From Planctomycetota bacterium (lineage in GTDB: Bacteria > Planctomycetota > Phycisphaerae > WQYP01), in contig JAJYFE010000003.1 of assembly GCA_021785435.1 (NCBI GenBank), positions 1 through 64,000 of the forward strand: a DNA stretch of 64,000 nucleotides, read 5' to 3'. The notes under the pieces were generated by a model. It did not search any database. It had not been told where the DNA came from and worked only from the letters and a program-made list of their open reading frames with translations. Positions 20,212 through 29,744 of the stretch are shown in pieces. Made by a program: the position numbers and the translations under genes. Each line of letters starts with the position of its first letter. Position 1 is the first letter of the stretch.

Positions 20212-21014
20212 AATACGGAAAACTCTATGGCGTAGGCGTCGGGCCGGGGGCCTGCGACCTGATGACGCTGCGCGCGGTGCGGGTGCTGCGGGAAGTCCCG
20301 GTGATCGCGATTCCCCAACGTTCCCGCTGGGATGAATCGGTGGCGTGGCGCATCGCCGCCGCCCCGGTGGGCGCCGTCGCGGGCCAGGAACGCCTGTTTC
20401 TGACGTTTCCCATGACCAAGAATCCGCAGCGCATCGCGCCGGCCTGGGATGCGGCGTTTACGCAAATCGGCCAGCGCCTGGAGGCGGGTAAATCGGTGGC
20501 CTTCATCGCCGAAGGAGATCCGCTGTTTTACAGCACGTTTATCTACCTGCATCAACAGGCCCCCACGCGCTGGCCGGGCATTGAGATTGAGATTGTGCCG
20601 GGGGTCTCATCCATTTCGGCGGTGGCCGCGGTAACCAGCGATCCCATCGCCGACGGCCAGGAGCGCGTGGCGATCATTCCGGCCAGTTACGGCCTGGAGG
20701 ATTTACCGGACATCCTGGAGCGCTTCGACACGGTGCTGCTGCTGAAGGTCAGTTCGGTGATGCCGCGGGTCGTGGCCGCTTTGGAAAAAGCGGACCTGAT
20801 CGATCGTGCCGTTTACGTATCCAAAGCGACGATGGCCGATCAGAAAATTGTTGCCGACCTGCGGAGCATTCGTAACGACCGCTGCGACTATTTTTCGATG
20901 GTGGTGGTGTCGCGCAAACATCGCAACGGCGTACTGGCCGGCCGCGGGCGAGCCGCAGTCGGCGCTCCGCGGAAAGCGGACCGGGATAGCGCGCTGCTGA
21001 CTGCGGAACGCTGA
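20208..21014 (+). CDS. cbiL: Precorrin-2 C20-methyltransferase
   Basis: GKLYGVGVGPG..LMTLRA, FPMTK, EGDPLFYSTF, YFSMVVV. Confidence 0.9.
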   Translation: MKYGKLYGVGVGPGACDLMTLRAVRVLREVPVIAIPQRSRWDESVAWRIAAAPVGAVAGQERLFLTFPMTKNPQRIAPAWDAAFTQIGQRLEAGKSVAFIAEGDPLFYSTFIYLHQQAPTRWPGIEIEIVPGVSSISAVAAVTSDPIADGQERVAIIPASYGLEDLPDILERFDTVLLLKVSSVMPRVVAALEKADLIDRAVYVSKATMADQKIVADLRSIRNDRCDYFSMVVVSRKHRNGVLAGRGRAAVGAPRKADRDSALLTAER

Positions 21015-21035
21015 ATCCGAACTATCAGGTGCGGG

Positions 21036-22175
21036 ATGCCAGTTGCTGCTCAACGCCAACCTTTAGCCATCTACGCCATCACCCGTCACGGCGTGGAACT
21101 CGCCCGGCGGCTGGGCGCCGCCCTGCCGGATGCGCACACCTATGTGTCCGATAAATTTTTGGCGCAAGCACCCCCGGGGGCCAGGCCGCTGGCCCGGCCC
21201 ATGGGGCCGGCGCTCCAGGCGAATTTCACCACCTACGACTGCCACGTCTTTATCATCAGCGTCGGCGCCGTGGTGCGGATGATCGCGCCGCTGCTGCAAA
21301 ACAAGAAAATCGATCCGGCGGTGGTGTGTGTCGATGATGCGGGACAATGGGCCATCTGCGTGCTTTCCGGCCACGTGGGCCGCGGCAATGCTTTTACGGA
21401 GCGCGTGGCCGCGGCCTTGGGCGCCCAGCCCATTATTACCACCGCGTCCGATGTCCGCGGCACCCTGACCGTGGATATCCTCGGACGACAACTCGGCTGG
21501 ACGCTCGATGATCCCGACCGCAACATCACGCGCGGCTGTGCCGCGGTGGTCAATGAGGCGCCGGTCATGTTTATCCAGGAAACGGGTGAACCGGATTGGT
21601 GGCCGGCCGATACGCCGCTGCCGCGGGGGATTTCCTATACCCGTTCGCTGGACGCCGTGAATCCCGATCAATTTGAAATATTGCTCATCGTGACCGACCG
21701 CGACCTTCGTGCCACCCATCCGCGGCACTTCGAACGGGCGGTCATCTACCGCCCGCGCAGCCTGGTGCTGGGACTGGGCTGCGACAAGGCCACGGCGCCG
21801 GCTCTGGTGGAGCGTGGGGTGCGGACGTTGTTGCAAGAACACCACTTGAGCCTGGCCTGCGTCCGCAGCGCCGCCACGATCGATCTGAAAAAAGATGAGC
21901 CGGCTCTGGCGGCCTTGTGTGAAAAATATCGCTGGCCGCTGCAAACTTACGCCGCGCGCCAGTTGGATGCGGCCGTAGGTGTGGAAAATCCTTCCGCCAC
22001 CGTCAAAAAATATGTCGGCACGCGAACCGTGGCGGAGGCGGCGGCGCTATTGGCTTCCGGTTCGTCCCGTTTACTCGTGCCCAAGCAGACCTATACCGAA
22101 CCGGGCGCCGGCCGCTCCATGACCTTGGCCGTGGCCCGCATTCCCTTTCCCGAACGCGAGGTGTGGCATGCCTAA
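21036..22175 (+). CDS. cbiG: Cobalt-precorrin-5A hydrolase CbiG
   Basis: GAVVRMIAPLL..K..DPAVV, LSGHVG..N, ITTASD, LGLGC, VAEAAAL. Confidence 0.92.
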   Translation: MPVAAQRQPLAIYAITRHGVELARRLGAALPDAHTYVSDKFLAQAPPGARPLARPMGPALQANFTTYDCHVFIISVGAVVRMIAPLLQNKKIDPAVVCVDDAGQWAICVLSGHVGRGNAFTERVAAALGAQPIITTASDVRGTLTVDILGRQLGWTLDDPDRNITRGCAAVVNEAPVMFIQETGEPDWWPADTPLPRGISYTRSLDAVNPDQFEILLIVTDRDLRATHPRHFERAVIYRPRSLVLGLGCDKATAPALVERGVRTLLQEHHLSLACVRSAATIDLKKDEPALAALCEKYRWPLQTYAARQLDAAVGVENPSATVKKYVGTRTVAEAAALLASGSSRLLVPKQTYTEPGAGRSMTLAVARIPFPEREVWHA

Positions 22176-23022
22176 AGGCATTCTATCCGTGGTGGGCATT
22201 GGCCCCGGCCACGATCGTCATATGACGCCGGCGGCGCTGGAAGCGATCGCCCAGGCCGACCTGGTCGTCGGCTATGGCACGTATATCCGTCTGGTGCGGC
22301 ACTTGCTCAGCGGCAAGGAAATCATCCGCACCGGTATGACCGAGGAAATCGGCCGCGCCCGGACCGCTGTGGAACGGGCCCGGGCCGGCGGCCACGTGGC
22401 GTTGATCTCTTCCGGCGATGCCGGCGTTTACGGCATGGCAGCGTTGGTGTTTCAGGTGCTCCGGGAATTGGGCTGGCGTCGGGAAGCTTCGCCGGAGCTG
22501 CGCCTGATCCCCGGCATCACTGCGATCAGCTCCTGCGCCTCCCTGGTGGGCGCTCCGCTGGGACATGATTTTTGCTGCATCTCGCTGTCCGATCTGCTCA
22601 CACCTTGGGCGGCCATCGCCAGACGCCTCGAAGCCGCGGCCAGCGCTGATTTCGTAATTGGTCTGTACAATCCCGCCAGCGGCCGCCGCACCCGGCAGAT
22701 CGTCGCGGCCCAGGAAATCATCAAACAATATCGCGACGGCGGGACACCGGCGGCCCTCATCAAGAGCGCCTACCGCAAACAGGAACATATTGTGCTGACC
22801 GATCTCAATCATCTGCTCGATTATGAAATCGGCATGTTGACCACCGTGATCATCGGCGCCAGCCACACTTTTCTGTTTGAAAATTATCTGGTCACGCCGC
22901 GGGGATACGGCAATAAATACACCTGGGATGGCCAAGTGCTGCCGGGCCAGCGGCCGGGGCATTCGCTGGCGACTCCGGCGGCGCCGGAACCGGTGGAATC
23001 CCTTTCCGGGGAGGAGGAATAA
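22168..23022 (+). CDS. cbiH: Precorrin-3B C17-methyltransferase
   Basis: VVGIGPG, SSGDAGVYGMA, GHDFCCISLSDLLTPW, TPRGY. Confidence 0.93.
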   Translation: MPKGILSVVGIGPGHDRHMTPAALEAIAQADLVVGYGTYIRLVRHLLSGKEIIRTGMTEEIGRARTAVERARAGGHVALISSGDAGVYGMAALVFQVLRELGWRREASPELRLIPGITAISSCASLVGAPLGHDFCCISLSDLLTPWAAIARRLEAAASADFVIGLYNPASGRRTRQIVAAQEIIKQYRDGGTPAALIKSAYRKQEHIVLTDLNHLLDYEIGMLTTVIIGASHTFLFENYLVTPRGYGNKYTWDGQVLPGQRPGHSLATPAAPEPVESLSGEEE

Positions 23023-23444
23023 TGGCGCGAGTGGGCCGGCTGGCCGGCGCCATTCTGGTGGAAACGGCCAGCCGCTATTTCCTGGTCGGTGATGTGAAGG
23101 AACCGTGTGACTTCGGGCGTGCCGGCTTCCAGAATCCCGGCGCCATCGAACCGCTGGTCCGGCCGTATATTGAACTGACCCCGCTGCGGCCGATTACTCT
23201 GGCGGCGCCTTATCTGACGCTGCGGACGGAAGGCGCGACTCTGGCGGAGTTGCTGGCCCGGCGCTTGCTTATCGAACGCAATGGTTCAGTCAGCGAACGG
23301 CTCTGGCGTTTGGTTTGCCGGGGCGGTGCGGACCAGGATGACTTACCGCCTCATGGGCCGGCCGTCGTTGACGCGAACTGGCTCGGCGAAATTCCGCCTG
23401 GCGTATGGCAGGTGGTGCGCGACGCGGTGCTCCGTTGCACGTAA
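23022..23444 (+). CDS. Hypothetical protein within the cbi operon
   Basis: GAGGAG RBS, start overlaps the cbiH stop (TAATG); no motif recognised. Confidence 0.65.
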   Translation: MARVGRLAGAILVETASRYFLVGDVKEPCDFGRAGFQNPGAIEPLVRPYIELTPLRPITLAAPYLTLRTEGATLAELLARRLLIERNGSVSERLWRLVCRGGADQDDLPPHGPAVVDANWLGEIPPGVWQVVRDAVLRCT

Positions 23445-23544
23445 GTTATTGGCGGGCATAACTCCCGGTGGAGGCGTCGCCCGGGAGACTTCCACCGGGG
23501 TGGAATTTACGCTGGTCGGTCCAGTCCCGTTTTCAGGAAAGCGC

Positions 23545-24411
23545 ATGAAAGTTTACATCATCGGCGCCGGGCCCGGTGCTCCGGGCCTGCTTACCATACG
23601 GGGCGCGGAACTGATCGCCCGCTGCCCGATCATACTCTATACCGGCTCCCTGGTTTCGCCGGAAGTTCTACGCGGCGCCCAACCGGGCGCCCGTATCCTC
23701 GACTCCGCCGGCATGACGCTGGACGAAATCGTGGCGGTCCTCAAGGAAGCGCGCGACCTCGACCAGGATGTGGCGCGTGTCCACACGGGTGATCCGTGCC
23801 TGTTTGGAGCCGTGGCGGAGCAAATCCGGCAGCTCGAGCCGTTGGGCATCGCCTGGGAAATCGTGCCGGGGGTCTCCTCGTTCACGGCCGCGGCCGCGGC
23901 TTTGGGAAAAGAATTGACGCTGCCGGAGCTTTCCCAAACGGTGATTTTAACCCGCGCTGCCGGCCGCACGCCGATGCCGGTGACCGAGGAATTGGCTGAT
24001 CTGGCCCGCCACCGCGCCACTCTCGTGCTGTTCCTGAGCATCAATCTGTTGGCGAAAATCACGCCCGCCCTGGCCGCGTCGTACGGCGCAGATTGCCCCG
24101 CGGCGGTGGTGCATCGCGCCTCCTGGCCGGATCAAAAAATCATCACGGGAAGACTGGCGGATATCCACGCCAAGGTGCGGGCCGCCGGCATTACCAGCCA
24201 GTCGATTATCATTATCGGCCGGGTTCTGACGGCGACGGAATTCGCCGAATCGCGCCTCTATGCCGCGGATTTCACGCATGGTTTCCGCAAGGCTAAACCC
24301 CGGCGCGCTAAAGCCGGGCCTGGGTCGGCCGACCCCGGCGCCGGCCGCCGGCGCTGTGGAGGTCCGCGGCCTCGGGACGAGATCCGCGCTGGCCCGCAAC
24401 CCAATATGTAG
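23545..24411 (+). CDS. cbiF: Precorrin-4 C11-methyltransferase
   Basis: MKVYIIGAGPG, YTGSLV, RVHTGDP, LTLPELSQTVI, SRLYAADFTHGFR. Confidence 0.93.
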   Translation: MKVYIIGAGPGAPGLLTIRGAELIARCPIILYTGSLVSPEVLRGAQPGARILDSAGMTLDEIVAVLKEARDLDQDVARVHTGDPCLFGAVAEQIRQLEPLGIAWEIVPGVSSFTAAAAALGKELTLPELSQTVILTRAAGRTPMPVTEELADLARHRATLVLFLSINLLAKITPALAASYGADCPAAVVHRASWPDQKIITGRLADIHAKVRAAGITSQSIIIIGRVLTATEFAESRLYAADFTHGFRKAKPRRAKAGPGSADPGAGRRRCGGPRPRDEIRAGPQPNM

Positions 24412-24594
24412 CCCTCGACTCTGCCGGGGGTAACACTCCGCCGGACATCGGAATCTTTGGGCCGAACCCCATCTTCGCGTCGCACGAAGAAATGGGGAGG
24501 CGATGATACGGGAATAAATCATCGGCCTCCTGCTCGCCGCAGATGCACTTCGGCCCAGCTGGACAGAAACCCATCCGGCGGCTAGAAAAGCGGG

Positions 24595-25329
24595 ATGTTA
24601 GCTACCTCTGGTGTTGGAATGGGCGCGGCGATAGCGGCGGGCGGGGCCGCAACTCTGCTGGCGTACAGCGTTTTTTATTCAGGCAGTCAGGTTTTCGCCC
24701 CGGTCATCCGGCGGCTCTGCGACCATCGCGCCGTGGCCCTGACCTTTGATGACGGACCTTCACCCGTTTTCACGCCTCGGGTTCTGGAGATCCTGGCGAA
24801 GCATAACGCCAAAGGGTCGTTCTGCCTCATTGGCCGCAACGTGCTTCGCCATCCGGCCCTGGCCGCGCGCATCGTGGCTGAGGGCCACACGGTCGTGAAC
24901 CATAGCTGGGATCATGACCATAATGGGATCTGGAGATCGCGGGCGTATTGGACCGACCAGCTGGAATGGACCAGCCGCGTGATAGTGGACACAACTGGAA
25001 AGAAACCGGCCCTGTTCCGCGCCCCCATGGGCTTCAAAACGTGGCCGCAGTCCTGTGCGGTCAAGCGCGCCGGTTTGCACTATCTCGCGTGGCGCGTCCG
25101 GGGTTGGGACACGCTGAACTGGGCGCCCGAAACGATCGTACGAATTATCACCAGTCAGCTTCGCGGTGGCGATATTGTGACTCTGCACGACGGCCTGGAG
25201 CCAGCCCGTCGGGCCTCTTCGCAGGAACGCACCGTCCAGGCGCTGCCGCGGATTATCGAAGCCATCCAGCGCCGCGGCTGGCGTTGCGTAACCCTGGAAG
25301 GCAACCTGCCCTTGGCGGTGTACGGATAG
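24595..25329 (+). CDS. Polysaccharide deacetylase (CE4/NodB)
   Basis: ALTFDDGP, NHSWDH, FRAPMG, TLHDG. Confidence 0.9.
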   Translation: MLATSGVGMGAAIAAGGAATLLAYSVFYSGSQVFAPVIRRLCDHRAVALTFDDGPSPVFTPRVLEILAKHNAKGSFCLIGRNVLRHPALAARIVAEGHTVVNHSWDHDHNGIWRSRAYWTDQLEWTSRVIVDTTGKKPALFRAPMGFKTWPQSCAVKRAGLHYLAWRVRGWDTLNWAPETIVRIITSQLRGGDIVTLHDGLEPARRASSQERTVQALPRIIEAIQRRGWRCVTLEGNLPLAVYG

Positions 25330-25347
25330 CACGGGTATAAATGGGCG

Positions 25348-26379
25348 ATGCATTCCAAGCTCCCTTTAGGGTACGCCAGGGTTACCTGCGTGATGGGCGC
25401 CGGCGCCATGGGCACGCTTTGCGCTGCGATTCTGGCCCGAGGGGGATATCGTGTGCGTCTGTGGGGGCGGCGCCCCGAACATATCGCCGCCCTTGCCGCG
25501 CAGCGCGAAAACCTTCGTTATCTGCCCGGCTTACATCTGCCGGAATCCATTGAATTAACTACCTCTGCGGAGACGGCGCTGCGCCAGTGCGGCTTGATTA
25601 TCTGCGCCGTACCCGCCCAGCACATCCGTGCGGTCATGGGGCAGTTCCGGGCGGTGATCCCCGCCGGTGTGCCCATCGCCAGTGTCGCCAAAGGCATCGA
25701 AAACCAGACCCTGTTACGCCCCACCGAGATTATCACCGACGTTCTCGGGGACCGGCCGGTGGTCGCCATCTCCGGACCTTGCATCGCCGGAGAACTGGCC
25801 TGCGGCCTGCCTACCACCTTGGTGGCGGCATCGACCGATGAAACACTCACCGCCCTTATTCAAACCATGTTTACCACCACTTATCTGCGGATCTATCGCA
25901 ATGCGGATTTACGCGGCGTGGAACTGGCGGCGGCGATGAAAAACGTGGTGGCCATTGCCGCCGGGATCCTGGACGGCCTGCAAGCCGGCACCAATGCCAA
26001 AGCGGCGCTGCTCACGCGGGGTCTGGTGGAAATTACGCGCTTAGGCGTGCTGCTGGGCGCGCAGGTTGAAACCTTCAGCGGCCTGGCCGGCCTGGGCGAT
26101 CTGGTCACCACCTGCTTTGCCGTGCAGGGGCGCAATCGCACGTTGGGTGAGCATATTGGCCGCGGTTTATCGCCGTCGGCGGCGCTGCAGGGTATGACCG
26201 GGGTGGTGGAAGGTCTTCCGACCACGAAAAGCGTGATGGATCTGGCGCGGCGGCAGCGCGTCGAAATGCCCATTACCGAGTGCCTTCACGCGGTGCTGTT
26301 TGAGGGCAAAAAGCCGCGCGAAGGCATTGCCGACCTGATGAGCCGTCAACCCCGTCATGAGCGCGACCGGTGCGTCTGA
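25348..26379 (+). CDS. gpsA: NAD(P)H-dependent glycerol-3-phosphate dehydrogenase
   Basis: GAGAMGT, KGIE, SGP, MKNVVAIAAG, GLGDLVTTC. Confidence 0.93.
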   Translation: MHSKLPLGYARVTCVMGAGAMGTLCAAILARGGYRVRLWGRRPEHIAALAAQRENLRYLPGLHLPESIELTTSAETALRQCGLIICAVPAQHIRAVMGQFRAVIPAGVPIASVAKGIENQTLLRPTEIITDVLGDRPVVAISGPCIAGELACGLPTTLVAASTDETLTALIQTMFTTTYLRIYRNADLRGVELAAAMKNVVAIAAGILDGLQAGTNAKAALLTRGLVEITRLGVLLGAQVETFSGLAGLGDLVTTCFAVQGRNRTLGEHIGRGLSPSAALQGMTGVVEGLPTTKSVMDLARRQRVEMPITECLHAVLFEGKKPREGIADLMSRQPRHERDRCV

Positions 26380-26685
26380 ATCGGGCGTGGCAATCCGGCG
26401 GACCAGCTACAGCATTTCGGGCTGGGTCCACCGGGGTGGATCTTCGCCCTGCGGCTGGAGGGGGGCCAGGAGCACCGCCGACCATCCAACGATTCCTTCC
26501 GCGTTCCCACTTGGGAGGGGCGCCGCGCCCGGCGCCTCGGTAACGCCAACCTCTCGCCCCATCCATCGGCGGGCAGACTTGGTTGAGCCGCCTGGAGAAT
26601 GTCCTGGCGGCGACTGGCCGGCTTCCGTGGCGTTAAAGGGCCGGTCAGACGTCCGCGGTGGGGTTCGGCTCTAGGCCAGAGATTG

Positions 26686-27729
26686 TCACGCCCCCTGAAT
26701 CCGCCTTGGCGCGGCGCTGGGCAACGGCGAGGCGTATTGGTATTTCGGCTCCCGTTTCTGGCGCCGCAGAATCGGAATAAGTTGCTTCCATGTGGCGTAC
26801 AGGCCGTGCGGGCACGGCGGCAGGTCGGCTTTAATCAGGCGGTGCAGCCGGCCCAGATTGTAGCATGGCACGGCGGCGTACATATGGTGCTCCGTATGGT
26901 AGTTCATATGCCAGTAGAGAAAGCGCACCACCGGACTAAGAATGATGGTCCGGCAGCAGAGCCGGAAGTCCGGCACGTTATCCTGCAAGCCGGCGTGTTG
27001 CGTGTTGTTGCAAAGATACAGCAGCCAGCCGCCGTAGAAGGGCGCCAGGGTGATCACCACCGGCAGCAGCCACCAGCCCATGACCAGTGCGACGACCACG
27101 ATAGTCAGTTGACCCGCCAGCACCAGGCGGGCCCAGTTGAACAACTGCCTCCGCCGAGCCGGCTCGGATTCCGTGAACAAGGCGTTTTCCCATTCGTCTT
27201 TCAATTGGCCCCGCGCCAACCGGATAGTGTTCTTAAGCGTATAGTAAAATCCCCGCGGGCTGATCAACGCATTTTCCAGAAAGCCGGCCAGCGTTAATTT
27301 CATCGGCAAAACCACTTCCAGATCGTCCGGTGGATGCAGCGTGTACTTGTGGTGCTCCATGTGGCTGGCCCAGAAAAGGTGGTGATTCAGCCAACCCAGA
27401 AAACTGAAAACGCGGAGAAAAAAGCGGTTCAGCGCACGGGTTTTGAAAACCGAATCGTGCACCAATTCGTGGAAACCATTTAGCAGGAAAGCCCAACAGG
27501 TGCCGTGCAAGAAGAATAATAACAGCACGACGGGCCACGGCAGGCGGCCGGCGGAGAAGTAAGCGGCGGAGCCGGTGACGGCCAACACGCCCAGATACCC
27601 CCCCGTCTGGAAAAGACCTTTCCAGTCACTGCGGCGGTTCAATCGGGCCAGGTCTTCGCGACTGACCGGTGAGCGGTACCAGGTGATGCGCCCAGGCTTG
27701 GATTCCACTTCCTGTGGCGCTGTCTTCAT
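26686..27729 (-). CDS. Fatty acid desaturase family protein
   Basis: His boxes HELVH, HMEHH, HTEHH and QHAGL. Confidence 0.88.
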   Translation of the reverse strand: MKTAPQEVESKPGRITWYRSPVSREDLARLNRRSDWKGLFQTGGYLGVLAVTGSAAYFSAGRLPWPVVLLLFFLHGTCWAFLLNGFHELVHDSVFKTRALNRFFLRVFSFLGWLNHHLFWASHMEHHKYTLHPPDDLEVVLPMKLTLAGFLENALISPRGFYYTLKNTIRLARGQLKDEWENALFTESEPARRRQLFNWARLVLAGQLTIVVVALVMGWWLLPVVITLAPFYGGWLLYLCNNTQHAGLQDNVPDFRLCCRTIILSPVVRFLYWHMNYHTEHHMYAAVPCYNLGRLHRLIKADLPPCPHGLYATWKQLIPILRRQKREPKYQYASPLPSAAPRRIQGA

Positions 27730-28232
27730 CGGCCAGATGCTCCCCGTAATCCACAATCGAAAGCCGCCATGATCCCTGCCGGCATAATAGAATCGTAGGA
27801 TGCCTGACGCGGCCCAGTCAAGCGGGCGTAGCCATCATGGCTGGCCAAGCCAGAGCGGCGTGCCAACCCCGGCCTCCGCTGCCAAGCCGTTCGGTCCGCC
27901 AGTGGGCGGGCCGGCTGGGGCGAGTCGCCTAACGGCCTTTCGGTGGCGACCCGGTGAACGACCACGCCGGGATCCCGGATGCCGCGCCGCCCCGCGGCGC
28001 GATCGCGATCCGAGGTGTCCCCGGTTCACCGCGTTGAAACGCGGTGCGGCTGCCGCACCACGACCACCAACGTAGAAACCCGAGACCTATAGAGCCGGTC
28101 ATACCGCCGCGGCAGGTCCCTGCCTGCAAAATCCGCTGGCAGCCCGTCCAGCGGCTTTTAAACCTGCGGTGGACACCGGGATCGCGCCCCCCTATAAGAG
28201 ATGCCCGTAGCGTGTAGGGATGTGATTCGTCG

Positions 28233-29507
28233 ATGGTGAGAGGAAATTGGTGCGTCTATGGCGGCCTGCTGCTGGAAGGGCTGTGGATGGTGGAATTGGT
28301 GCTCGCCGCCTGGGGGGCGTGGGTGGCGCACTTTTTCGGTCGGCGCATGGCGCGCGTGGCCGCGCGCCCCCTGGGTGAGACGTTTCCCCGCGTGGCGGTG
28401 ATTGTACCGATCCAAGGATTGGAGGCCTACACCGCCACCAACATCCAGGCCTTGCTGGCTCAGAACTATCCGCATTACCGCCTGATTTTCGCGGTGGAAT
28501 CGATGGCCGATCCGGTTTGCGGGTGGTTGCGGAAATTGGCTGCGACGCAGCCCGCGGGCCGGGTGGACGTCGTATCCGCCGGACCAGCGCAAACGCGCGG
28601 CCAGAAAGTGCACAACCAATTGGCGGCGATCGCCCGAACCACCGCGCACGACGAGATTCTGGCTTTCATGGATGCCGATGCCAAACCGAATCCCAACTGG
28701 TTGCACGCTTTGGCGCTGCCGCTGACGTACGGCCCCCATATTGGGGCGGTCACCGGCTACCGCTATTATGTGCCGATGTCCGAACATCCCGCGAACGCGG
28801 TGGCGTGCGTGATGAATGCCATGGTGGGCAGCTTGCTCGGACCGTACCGGCGCACAGTAGCCTGGGGTGGGACGATGGCGATTCGGCGCAGCGATTTTTT
28901 CAAGTATGGTGTCTACGACGGCTGGCAGGGCGCTTTAAGCGACGACTATGTACTCTCCGACTATGTGAAACATAAAGCGCACGCGAAAATCCATTTCGTA
29001 CCGCAATGTCTGGTCGCTTCGCCAGCCTGGTTTGGCTGGGCGAGCCTAACCGAATTCGCCGTGCGCCAATACCGTATCACGCGGGTTTGCGCCGGCGGCC
29101 TGTGGTGGCTGGCTTTGGCCGGCGTGGGGTTGTATTGGTTTACGCTGCTCTCTTCGGCGACGACGGCCCTCATCGCGGGGATGGATGGACGGAGTTGGTG
29201 GTGGCGGCCGGCGCTGGTGTTTGTCGCCTTATATGGATTAGGCTTGATCCGCGGCGTGATGTTGCGGCGGACGGGCCGGCGGCTATTGCCGGAACATTGG
29301 CCGCGGATTCAGCGGAACTGGTTTTGGTTCACCCTCGGCCTGCCGGCCGTGCAGGCGTTGACCCTGTTTTTCCTGCTCCGCTCCGCTTTCGGCCGGCGCA
29401 TCACCTGGCGCGGCATACGCTACGAAATGATCAGCCCCACGGCGACGAAAGTTCTTGGTCGACCCGGTATGATGAAAGGTTCAGACCAGGAGGCAGCGCG
29501 GCGGTGA
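28233..29507 (+). CDS. GT2 glycosyltransferase (ceramide glucosyltransferase/HpnI-like)
   Basis: QKVHNQ, FMDAD, WGGTMA, LSDD, RQ; C-terminal TM helices and ITWRGIRY. Confidence 0.8.
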   Translation: MVRGNWCVYGGLLLEGLWMVELVLAAWGAWVAHFFGRRMARVAARPLGETFPRVAVIVPIQGLEAYTATNIQALLAQNYPHYRLIFAVESMADPVCGWLRKLAATQPAGRVDVVSAGPAQTRGQKVHNQLAAIARTTAHDEILAFMDADAKPNPNWLHALALPLTYGPHIGAVTGYRYYVPMSEHPANAVACVMNAMVGSLLGPYRRTVAWGGTMAIRRSDFFKYGVYDGWQGALSDDYVLSDYVKHKAHAKIHFVPQCLVASPAWFGWASLTEFAVRQYRITRVCAGGLWWLALAGVGLYWFTLLSSATTALIAGMDGRSWWWRPALVFVALYGLGLIRGVMLRRTGRRLLPEHWPRIQRNWFWFTLGLPAVQALTLFFLLRSAFGRRITWRGIRYEMISPTATKVLGRPGMMKGSDQEAARR

Positions 29508-29659
29508 AGCCGAGGCCGGAGAGCAGGTGAACCGGAGAACGGAGACTGCAGGCGCGGCGAGGTTGCAATGCTTGCAAAGAACCGCCCATTGTTGGGGTGG
29601 ACATTCTCCGGCGTGCCGGTTCTATCATCCACCGGCTCTATCCCGATGGATGTCCGGAT

Positions 29660-29744
29660 GCCCGGGTGGCGGAATGGCAGACGCTCAGGACTTAAAATCC
29701 TGTGACCTGTAAAGGTCGTGCGGGTTCGAGTCCCGCCCCGGGCA
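29660..29744 (+). tRNA. tRNA-Leu(TAA)
   Basis: GCCCGGG/CCCGGGC acceptor stem, GGAATGGCAGAC D-arm, CAGGA-CTTAAAA-TCCTG anticodon arm, long variable arm, GGTTCGAGTCC; no encoded CCA. Confidence 0.95.

Noticed and set aside
18994..22962. Long antisense ORFs over the cbi genes (also 6818-7894, 35654-36613, 42325-43380, 62036-63536)
   Set aside because: Shadow ORFs expected from GC-rich codon bias opposite well-supported genes
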